Shown here piece by piece: positions 10,465-19,410 of a DNA stretch of 25,070 nt. Under the pieces are notes generated by a model that made no database searches, was not told the DNA's origin, and saw nothing but the letters and a program-made list of their open reading frames with translations. Source of the DNA: Octopus sinensis (lineage: Eukaryota); contig NW_021836265.1 of the NCBI RefSeq assembly GCF_006345805.1, forward strand, positions 1 to 25,070. Direction: 5' to 3'. Within the stretch, counting starts at the first letter, position 1; each line of letters starts with the position of its first letter. Made by a program: the position numbers and the translations under genes.

Positions 10465-10875
10465 GATGATGATGGTGGTGGTGATGATGATCATCATCAT
10501 CATCATTATGATGATGATGATGGTGGTGGTGATGTTGATGATGATGCTGGTGATGATGATGATGATGATGATGGTGGTGGTGATGATGATGATCATCATC
10601 ATCATTATGATGATGATGATGGTGGTGGTGATGTTGATGATGATGATGGTGGTGGTGATGATGATGATGATGCTGGTGATGATGATGATGATGATGATGG
10701 TGGTGGTGATGATGATCATCATCATCATCATTATGATGATGATGATGGTGGTGGTGATGTTGATGATGATGATGGTGATGATGATGATGATGATGAGGAG
10801 GAGGAGGAGGATGTTGATGAGGATGTTGATGATGATGATGATGATGATGAGGAGGAGGAGGAGGATGTTGATGAT
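9525..10875. repeat. Bipartite degenerate trinucleotide array: CAC/CAT-rich arm (9525-9735) then about 1.1 kb GAT-rich arm with higher-order repeats
   Basis: Directly visible. The higher-order unit marked by (CAT)nTAT occurs at 10504, 10603 and 10729. A GAG-GAT block is duplicated at about 10790-10875. Confidence 0.95.
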
Positions 10876-10991
10876 TCATGCTAAATACACTGAATTTTTC
10901 GCTCATGAATCACATATGATTCGTCTCCTTCGTGAGTCATTACCTGGTTATCAATTTATATTTACTTACATACCTATACACATCGACTGAT

Positions 10992-11511
10992 ACCAGGAAG
11001 ATTGCATCAGTGAGACAAATGAGTGACTGGGGCGGGTGGAGACCGATCGAGCTAGAACTCTACTTCCAGGAGTAAAGGCTGGAGTGAAATGTAATGGTAT
11101 ACTGGAAGGGCTTGCATCAAACTCAGGCATCGAGAGCTATACCAGCCCCCAAAACTGGACATCATTGCACTGATCCAAAGATCTCGGCGATCCTGTCTAG
11201 AGTGAGGATCTTGTACTGTAATAGACTGGAATTCAAGGTCCCATGGCAATTTAATACCTTGAAAAAATATCTGAGAGACCTACAATTATACATAGAGTAG
11301 CTGTAGAGGTCAAGATAGAACTTGACCTCCAACTGTCCAAGGTCTCAGATGAGGTTACAACATAGTAAGAAACACAAAACCGAACAGCAATATTGAACTC
11401 TGTCCTCCACCAAAAACCAATCAGAAAAGGTTGGCCATTGAAATGGGGATTACATTGGTGGTGCTCCAGCATGGCCACAGCCTTTGGGCTGAAAGGCATA
11501 AAAGCATAAAA
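10992..11511 (+). pseudogene. 5'-truncated CR1/L2-group LINE: frameshifted ORF2 C-terminus plus 3' tail
   Basis: Stitched translation: TRKIASVRQMSDW..ELELYFQE*RLE*..ILEGLASNSGIESYTS/PKTGHHCTDPKIS..RILYCNRLEFKVPWQFNTLKKYLRDL/HRVAVEVKIELDLQLSKVSDE..NSVLHQ. This fits the CR1-group post-RT pattern (L.LYS.ERRRERY...WKILEG...LFN.LP...R.......FK..LD..L..VPD.P) as I recall it. Ends in GGTGGTGCTCCAGCATGGCCACAGCC-TTTG-GGCTGAAA. Confidence 0.75.
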
Positions 11512-11515
11512 CACT

Positions 11516-11875
11516 CAGGTTCAATCCCATTGCGTGGCACCTTGGGCAAGTGTCTTCCACTGTAACCTCGGGCCGACCAAAGACTTATGACTGGATTTGG
11601 TAGACGGAAACTGAAAGAAGCCCGTCATATATATGTATATGTATATATGTGCGTGTGTTTGTGTGTCTGTATTTGTCCCCCATGAACATCACTTGATAAC
11701 CGATGCGAGTGTGTTTACATCCCTGTAATTTAGCAGTTCGGCAAAATGAGACCGATAGAATAAGTACTAGGCTTACGAAGAATAAGTCCTGGGCCGATTT
11801 GCTCGACTAAGGGCAGTGCTCCAGCATGACCGCAGTCAAATGCCTGATACAAGTAAAAGAGCAAAAGAGAGTAAG
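11516..11875 (+). mobile_element. SINE A copy lacking the A-box region
   Basis: From GGTTCAATCCCATTGCGTGGCACCTTGGGCAAG to the CAAGTAAAAGAG tail. Confidence 0.85.
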
Positions 11876-12006
11876 TGAACTGTGGTGTGTACAAATGTGT
11901 GTGCGTATATGGCTACAGTGGATTTGGTAGATGGAAACTGGAAGAAGCCTGTCGTATATATATATATATATATACATGTGTGTGTTTGTGTGTGTGTGTG
12001 TGTGTG

Positions 12007-12100
12007 CAAGTCTTAGTACGTAGGAAAACAGACAAATCACAAATCCCTTCAGGTCGATGGCCCTGCTTGATCTGTAGAAAAGGTGTAGGTAGAAATTCCA
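12007..12100 (+). pseudogene. Isolated RTE ORF2 fragment (post-RT cysteine-rich region)
   Basis: Translates as QVLVRRKTDKSQIPSGRWPCLICRKGVGRNS, matching the RTE-clade K(T)KV.V...SG.WPC..CRKGVG.NS motif as I recall it. Confidence 0.75.
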
Positions 12101-12370
12101 CTTGTCAAGTAATAGTGGGGGATAAACAGAGACGCAAAGACACACACACAGACACACACACATTCACACACGCACGAGCGCGCACACACACAGACACACA
12201 CACACACAAATGCATGCACACACTTTTTTGAAGACGGGCTTCTTTCACTCATGAAGATTTGCTCAGCCTGAGACTATAACAGATGACACTTGTCCATGGT
12301 GCCAAACTGTGGAACTGAACCCAGGACCATGTGGTTGAAAATCCAGTTTCCTACCACACAGCCTTACCTA
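12101..12370 (-). mobile_element. Old SINE A 5' part
   Basis: GACGGGCTTCTTTCA..GACACTTGTCCATGGTGCC..GGAACTGAACCCAGGACCATGTGG..CCACACAGCC. Confidence 0.75.
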
Positions 12371-12386
12371 TATATATATATATATA

Positions 12387-12905
12387 TCATCATCATGATC
12401 ATCATTATCGTTTAACGTTCGTTTTCCATGCTGTCATAGGTTGTACGGTTTGACTGGGGTCTGGGAAGTCAGGAGGCTGCACCTGGCCCCAACCTGATCT
12501 GACAGTGTTTCTACAGGTGGATGCCCTTCCTAATGCCAACCATTCCAAGAGTGTAGCGGGTACTTTTTATGTGCCACTGGCACAGGGGCCAGAGGAGCTG
12601 GCATCGACCGTGATCGGATGGTGCTTTTTACATGCCATTGGCACAGAAGCCAGTCAGAGCTGCACTGGCATCGGCCACATTTGGATTGTGCTTTTTACTT
12701 GCTACTGGCACAGGAGTCACAACTGCAATTTCCATTTGATTTGATTTTGATATTGTTGTCGATGTTGATGTGGGTCTCCTTAAGCATGGCATGTTGCCCT
12801 ATGATCCAAGGTACTTTTGACTGGGCTGGTTATGAGACACTGGTGTAGGTTACAACTGTGAACTCACTGTATTTGCCGGGTCTTCTCAGTCACAGCATAC
12901 CTCCC
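12387..12905 (-). mobile_element. 5'-truncated RTE LINE: last ORF2 codons, full 3' UTR and tail
   Basis: Minus strand reads [12 protein letters not shown] (compare RYALVEKTWQLK* at 14170-14208), then the UTR with about 3 repeat units and a (GAT)n tail. Confidence 0.85.
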
Positions 12906-12921
12906 CCACTAAAGACTTGAG

Positions 12922-12977
<56 letters not shown>

Positions 12978-13003
12978 TATATATATACATATACATATAC
13001 ATA

Positions 13004-13045
<42 letters not shown>

Positions 13046-13111
13046 CACATACATATACATATATATGTATACACACACATACATACACACACACACATAC
13101 ACACACACACA

Positions 13112-13165
<54 letters not shown>

Positions 13166-13172
13166 ATATACA

Positions 13173-13428
13173 TATTCTTTTACTCTTTTACTTGTTTCAG
13201 TCAGTTGTCAAGTGATGGTGGGGGACAAACACACACACACAAACATATACACGCATACATATATACGATGGGCTTCTTTCAGTTTCCATCTACCAAATCC
13301 ACTCACAAGGCTTTGGTCAGCCCGAGGCTATAGTAGAAGATACTTGCCTAAGGTGCCGCACAGTGGGAATGAACCTGGAACCATGTGGTTTGTAAGCAGG
13401 TTACATACCACACAGCCACTCCTGCACC
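13173..13428 (-). mobile_element. SINE A copy with about 150-bp internal deletion
   Basis: Tail CTTTTACTTGTTTCAGTCA is joined directly to GTTGTCAAG; head intact to CCTGCACC. Confidence 0.85.
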
Positions 13429-13456
13429 TAAAAAGAGAAAAAGTGAAGAATTTAAC

Positions 13457-13529
13457 TCAAGACCCCAGGTATCGATCCTGGCACCTCTTGCATGCAAAGC
13501 AAGTGCTTTACCATTTGAGCAAATTCCCC
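13457..13529 (-). pseudogene. tRNA-Ala pseudogene (73 nt; anticodon reads TGC)
   Basis: GGGGAATTTGCTCAAATGGTAAAGCACTTGCTTTGCATGCAAGAGGTGCCAGGATCGATACCTGGGGTCTTGA. Perfect anticodon stem CTTGC/GCAAG and T stem CCAGG/CCTGG; G3:U70 present. The acceptor stem has two mismatches and the D stem one. T5 runs lie 15-27 nt downstream. Confidence 0.85.
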
Positions 13530-13531
13530 AC

Positions 13532-13564
<33 letters not shown>

Positions 13565-13605
13565 ATATATATATTTTCATACATACACACACACACACAA
13601 ACACA

Positions 13606-13647
<42 letters not shown>

Positions 13648-13653
13648 AAGTCT

Positions 13654-14738
13654 GAAGTTTGTAGTGGGGGTGGTTGATCTGAGAGTGTAGTGGTTAGAAT
13701 AAGAATAGATTAGGTAAAGTTCAGGGAGCTCCTACCTCTGCTGGCAAATAAGGGCCTCTTGCTCAGGATTAAAGCTAGACTGTATGATGCATGTGTGTGA
13801 ATTGCCATGCTATACAGCAGTGAAGCATGGGCCCTGAATGCTGAGGACTTGCATAGGCTTGAAAGACATGAAGCTAGTATGATCCACTGGATGCGTAATG
13901 TCAGTGTGCATACATGACAGAGTGTAAGTGCTCTGAGAAAAAAGCTGAGCATAAGAAGCATCAAATGTGCTGTGCAAGAGAGACGACTGCACTGGTATGG
14001 TCATGTGTTACGTATGGATGAGGACAGCTGTGTGAGGAAGTGCCACTCCCTAACTGTGGAAGGAACCTGAGTAAGGCATAGACCCAGGAAGACATGGAAT
14101 GAGGTGGTGAAGCATGACCTTCGGACATTGGGCCTGACAGAGGTATTGACAGGAGACTGAGACCTTTGGAGATATGCCTTGGTTGAGAAGACCTGGCAAT
14201 TAAAGTGAGATCACAGCCATGCATGTCTGGTTCAGTTAAGAGTAGCCATTATGCGTTGGGCGATATATGCTCGAGAAAACCTGTTGAGTCAAATGAAACA
14301 AATATTGTAGCTGTAGCCAGTGCCCCCTGACTGGCTCCTGTGCTGATGGCACATAAAATGTACATTCAGAATGTGGCCAATGATAGTACCCTCTGACTGG
14401 CTCCCATGCCATTGGCACGTAAAATGCGCCATCCAAACGTGGCCGATGCCAGTGCCCTCTAACTGGCGCCTGTGCTGGTGGCATATAAAAAGCACCATCC
14501 GGACATGATTGATGTCGGGCCCACCTGACTGGCTCCTATGCCAGTGGCACCCACTACACTCTCAGAGTGGTTAGCGTTAGGAAGGGCATCCCGCTGTAGA
14601 AGCATTGCCAGATCAGACTGGAGCCTGGTGCAGCTGCTGGCTCTCCAGACCTCAACCAAACCGTCCAACCCATGCCATCATGAAAAACAGACATTAAATG
14701 ATGATGATGATAATGATGATGATGATGATGATGATGAT
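13654..14738 (+). pseudogene. 5'-truncated RTE-clade LINE: 185 codons of decayed ORF2 C-terminus, 3' UTR with about 4 repeats of about 60 bp, (GAT)n tail
   Basis: One frame, 13654-14208: ..SGGG*SESVVVRIRID*VKFRELLPLLANKGLLLRIKARLYDACV*IAMLYSSEAW..RRLHWYGHVLRM..RHRPRKTWNEVVKHDL..WRYALVEKTWQLK*. This is a classic RTE C-terminus with 6 premature stops. Confidence 0.92.
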
Positions 14739-15109
14739 ATATATATACATTAGCATATACATGTCCAAACACAAATATTTGTGTATGTATGTGTATACGT
14801 ATTCATATATATTCTATATGTATGTAAATATATACTCATGTATAAATACATGTGTGTAGAACACTAGCAACAATGACTACCGACGTTAAGAACCCCTAAA
14901 GACAACGTGAGAAATAGTATTGATTACAAAACAATTACTTACTGTTTATTATAAAACACAAAATAAGTGTCACAAGTTCAACTAATTTATTTAATAAATC
15001 TTCTATCAAATTCTCTCAATGGCAATGTTGAAAGGTTTATTCTATTTTCAAGTGTTGTCACTTACAGAGGAAGGTGTCAGCGACGTGGATGGTGCTGTCC
15101 TCTAATGAA

Positions 15110-15604
15110 TCATTGTCATTGTCATCGTCGCCGTTGTCATCGTCGCAGTTGTCATCGTCGCCATTGTCACCATCGCCATTGTTGCCGTAGCCACTGTCGC
15201 TGTTGCCATTGTCGCCGTCACCATTGTCATCATCGCCATTGTCGTCGTCACCATTGTCGTCATTGCCGTTGTCGTCATTGCCGTTCTCGTCGTCGCCATT
15301 TGACATCGACACCATTGTCACCATCGCCATTGTTGCCGTCATCGTTGTCGTTGTCGCCGTTGTCGTCGTTGTTGCTGTCGCCGTTGTCGTCGTCGCCATT
15401 GTCGCCATCGCCACTGTCGCCATCACCATTATTGTCGACACCATTGTCACTGTCGCCATTGTCGTTGCCGTTGTCACCACTGCCTCCGCTGCCACCACTA
15501 GCGCCACCACCACCACCACCACCACCACCACTTCCACGACCATCATCATCACCACTGCCACTGCCACCACCACCACCATCACCACCACCATCACCATCAT
15601 CATT
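15110..15604. repeat. Degenerate trinucleotide array (minus strand GAC/AAT/GGC/GAT, about 15-bp sub-period) continuous with an RTE tail
   Basis: Directly visible; merges at about 15600 with the (GAT)n tail of the minus-strand RTE. Confidence 0.9.
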
Positions 15605-15978
15605 TAGCATCTGTTCTCCAAGCCTGTATCTGTTGGGCAGTTTGACAAGAGTTGACCAGCTGAAGAACTGCACCAGACTCCAGTCTGTTTTGGCATGGTT
15701 TCTACAGAGAGTACTGAGTGCTTTTACATGGCACCAGCACTTACAAGCCTGCAAGATTAGGGACGCTCAGCTGGAGAGGGTTGCAAGGAGACAAGCTTGT
15801 ATGCAAGGGTGGCCATGCTTTTACTTAGGTTAGTGTGTCTTTACAATCACAGCAAACCACCAGGCATCTCGGTCCCCTGTTATCCCTTCTGTGAGTCACA
15901 ACGTTTGGAAATCCTTTCTCACCACTTCGTCCCATGCCTTCTTGGTCTACTCCTTCCAAACGTTCCTTCTACAAGTTC
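15600..15978 (-). pseudogene. 5'-truncated RTE LINE of a second subfamily (ORF2 end plus short UTR)
   Basis: Minus strand: LVEGTFGRSRPR/AWDEVVRKDFQTL*LTEGITGDRDAWWFAVIVKTH*. It continues through a UTR with GCCATGTAAAAGCAC and CAGACTGGAGTCTGGTGCAG to the tail. Confidence 0.8.
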
Positions 15979-15980
15979 TT

Positions 15981-16439
15981 CAACATCAAAATCAAGTCAA
16001 ACCACAATCAAATGGAAATTATAATTGTGGCTGATGCCAGCGCTGCCTGTCTGGATCCTGGTGCTGGTCACATGTAAAAAGCACCATCCAAACGTGGCTG
16101 ATGCCAGCACTACCTTGACTGGCTCCTGTACCAGTGGCGCATAAGAAGCACCATCCAAAGGTGGACAATGCCAGCCCCCTCTGGCTCCCATGCCAGTAGC
16201 AGGTAAAAGCGCCATCCAAACGTGGTTGATGCCAGCCCCCTTTGGCCCCTGTGCCGGTGGCACGTAAAAAGCACGCATTACACTCTTGGAGTGACCAGCT
16301 TTAGTAAGGGTATCCAGCTGTAGAAACACTGCCAGATCAGACTGGAGCCTGTTACAGGCTCCTGGCTCCCCAGACCCCAGTTGAACCGTCCAACCCATGG
16401 AAAACGGACGTTAAACGATGATGATGATAAGGATGATGA
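15981..16439 (+). mobile_element. RTE LINE 3' UTR (about 4 repeat units) plus tail
   Basis: CAAATGGAAATT..repeated GCACCATCCAAACGTGG..GGGTATCCAGCTGTAGAAACACTGCCAGATCAGACTGGAGCC..GGACGTTAAACGATGATG. Confidence 0.88.
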
Positions 16440-16705
16440 AGGAATTAGAGATTGGCACTTCTTAATGCAACTGTTCTCATTCATATGGATTCTCGAAGAA
16501 AATTTAAAGCAAAAGATGTGAGAATAGAATAGTTGAATGAAGTAGTATTGATTTATGCACATTATGGTCCGTATTGGCACTTGGCCTTTGTAGTTGGAGT
16601 AACCTGAGATCTGACTAGATTCTTTGATTGGTCCTTATGCCCCATGACTTCCTCTCTGAGAGATTATCTCACTTTGTTATCTTTGGATGATGGTTTGGTT
16701 TTCTT

Positions 16706-16925
16706 GAGCTGGCAGAAATGTCAGCACGCTGGGCAAAATGCGTAGCCGTATTTCGTCTGCCGTTACGTTCTGAGTTCAAATTCCGCCGAGGTCGACTTTG
16801 CCTTTCATCCTTTCGGGGTCGATAAATTAAGTACCTGTTATGCATTGGGGTCGATATAATCGACTTAATACTTTGTCCTTGTTTGTCCCCTCTATGTTTA
16901 GCCCCTTGTGGGTAATAAAGAAATA
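16706..16925 (+). mobile_element. SINE family B copy with an alternative 3' end
   Basis: Same head and body as the 5222-5858 copies, with CpGs retained, but ends TTGTCCCCTCTATGTTTAGCCCCTTGTGGGTAATAAAGAAATA. Confidence 0.85.
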
Positions 16926-16949
16926 TATAATTCATGTAAAACAGTTGTT

Positions 16950-17085
16950 AGGAGGTGTGGTAAAGAAAACTCACTTCCCAGCCATGGGGTTTCAGGTTCG
17001 GTCGCACTATGTGCCACCTTGAGCAAATATCTTTTCCCATGGGCTCAGATTGACTACCGTTTTGTGAGAGAACTTGGGAGATGGA
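16950..17085 (+). mobile_element. Highly degenerate SINE A 5' half
   Basis: GGTGTGGTAAAG..CAGGTTCGGTCGCACTATGTGCCACCTTGAGCAAATATCTT. Confidence 0.55.
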
Positions 17086-17096
17086 ATGCATACATA

Positions 17097-17350
17097 CATC
17101 ATCATCATCATCGTCGTTTAACGTCCGTTTTCCGCGCTAGCACGGGTTGGACAGTTCGACCGGGGTCTGGGAAGCCAGGGGCTGCACCAGGCTCCAGTCT
17201 GATCTGGCAGTGTTTCTACAGCTGGATGCCCTTCCTAACGCCAACCACTCCGCGAGTGTAGTGGGTGCTTTTTACGTGCTACCTGCACAGGTGCCAGGGG
17301 AGTCCGGAATCGGCCACGATCGGTTGGTGCTTTTAACATGCCACCGGCAC
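17097..17350 (-). mobile_element. Young RTE LINE 3' end
   Basis: (CAT)nCGTTTAACGTCCGTTTTCC..GGATGCCCTTCCTAACGCCAACCACTCCG..GTGCTTTTACGTG; CpGs retained. Confidence 0.9.
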
Positions 17351-17353
17351 ATA

Positions 17354-17396
<43 letters not shown>

Positions 17397-18291
17397 GAGG
17401 GCATTATTACACATAAATGCCTCACACTAAGAGGGACATAAGTCATTTCTACCAAAAATTTCACTATATATATATATATATATATTTTATATATATATAT
17501 AATATATATATATACATACATATATACATACATACATATATGTATGTATATATGTATATATGTACATATGTATATATCTATGTATATGCACATACATATA
17601 TGTGTGTGTGTCTATATATATATGCATGTATGTATATATGTACAAGTGTGACTATGTGTGGCTGTGTAATCTGCAATATTGATGTTTATATAACTTTAAT
17701 GGTTTCACAATAGCATGAACTCACTGTAGCAATAGTTGGACTAAGCTATACTCGTCACATTAGTAACAGCTATACTTTGGCTAAGTCCATCTTGCTTACT
17801 TCAGTTGTAGTGATATGTAAGATTCTATAGGTATGCTTTTAAAACTGAGAAGTGGGCCATTTGGGCTATGGTTTATCGTCAAGTGGGCCACACTCTTAAA
17901 ACTATTCAGGGTAAATTTTCTTTTGTTGGGCTACAGTTTGCTTGGGACTGTTTTAAAACATACAACCGGGTTACCACATTGTCCTCTGTGTGGTGAAACC
18001 TTGTGCAAATGGTTATGCTCCTTGGTCCTCACTGAAGTAAAATCATGGAACTTTCTGATAGAAAGGCAAAAGGTAAGGGACAAGGAAACTTTATATAGAT
18101 ACATGCACAGATGCATACACAAATACACACACACACACACACGTACATGTCCATACATACACACACAGACTTACATTGTTTGAACATGCACATTTTTACA
18201 GCTTGATGCTCTTCCTGTTCTCAACCCTCATCTGTTTCTCAGCTAGAAATATGTATCAGTACATATCTCTCTCCCTCACTTTCTCTCTATT

Positions 18292-18321
<30 letters not shown>

Positions 18322-18322
<1 letters not shown>

Positions 18323-18438
18323 AGAGTGGTTGGCGTTAGGAAGGGCATCCAGCTGTGCAACCATCTGGTTCGACAGTCCTCAATCAAATCGTCCAACTCA
18401 TGCTAGCATGGATGGACGTTAAATGATGATGATGATGA
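18322..18438 (+). mobile_element. Short, internally deleted RTE LINE 3' end
   Basis: GAGTGGTTGGCGTTAGGAAGGGCATCCAGCTGT..CATGCTAGCATGG..GGACGTTAAA(TGA)n. Confidence 0.85.
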
Positions 18439-18940
18439 TCATCATCATCATTTAACGTCCGCTTTCCATGCTAGCATGGGTTGGACGGTTCAACTGGGGT
18501 CTGGGGAGCCCGAAAGCTGCACCAGTCCAGTCAGATCTGGCAGTGTTTCTACAGCTGGATGCCCTTCCTAACGCCAACCACTCCGAGAGTGTAGTGGGTG
18601 ATTTTATGTGCCACCGACACAGGTGCCAGACGAGGCTGACAAACGGCCACGCTCGGATGGTGTTTTTTTATGTGCCACGACACAGGTGCCAGACGAGGCT
18701 GGCAGACGGCCACGCTCGGATGGTGTTTTTATGTGCCACCGACACAGGTGCCAGACGAGGCTGGCAAACGGCCACGATCGGATGGTGCTTGTTACGTGCC
18801 CACAGCACGGAGGCCAGTCGATGCGGTACTGGCTACGGCCACGTTCGGATGGTTTTCTTATGTGCCACGTGCCACGGCACTGGTACCACAAAGATACAAA
18901 TTCCATTGATGTTCATCTATTTGATTTGTTTTGATTTGAT
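18439..18940 (-). mobile_element. Young RTE LINE 3' UTR with 5 tandem units of 61-66 bp
   Basis: Units start at about 18605, 18669, 18730, 18793 and 18859; the tail abuts the + copy. Confidence 0.92.
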
Positions 18941-18945
18941 GATAT

Positions 18946-19029
<84 letters not shown>

Positions 19030-19410
19030 GTATGTATATATAGGATTTAATATAAGTAATATTTAGTTATGAATGACTAATAGTTTCATGCTGTGGAAAC
19101 ACAATAATTTGATTGATTTATGTGTCATGCCTTGTGTCTCAAAGCTTGAATACATTACATGGCTGGTCTTATTTGAAAAACCAAGATAGAATGCTGCTTT
19201 ATGAAAAAATATGCACCAAAATCAAGAGGAAGATGAATGCATAAGGTGGAGTGAGGAACAGTAGAACCAAAAATGGTAAAAATATTGGAAAAAGAAAGAA
19301 GAATAAGAAAATCAAGGGCTGCATCCATTTCGCCCATCAGAATCATAATTAATATAGTTGGTGTAGAATAGTTTGACAAGAAGGAGGCTAACGTTTGTGA
19401 GACAGCATGC

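Noticed and set aside
9637-10990. Four long ORFs (318-412 aa; poly-M, poly-I, poly-H, poly-D) as genes
   Set aside because: They overlap in different frames and strands of one trinucleotide array that simply lacks stop codons; no domain, signal peptide or splice support. Kept only as a low-confidence lead.
14967-15833. 288-aa Cys/His/Arg- and Pro-rich ORF and overlapping ORFs
   Set aside because: Translation of the trinucleotide array plus the antisense RTE tail.
15860-16100. Simple twin-priming 5' inversion of a single RTE
   Set aside because: The inverted part continues into its own distinct 3' UTR and tail at 15600, so two elements explain it better.
17937-18071. Candidate exon (TACAG|...AAAG|GTAAGG) reading LLGTVLKHTTGLPHCPLCGETLCKW
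   Set aside because: Weak acceptor, no recognisable homology and no partner exon; cannot be supported from sequence alone.
19060-19150. Minus-strand GAAAC-TATTA-GTC as a hammerhead 3' half
   Set aside because: No CTGANGA upstream at a usable position.
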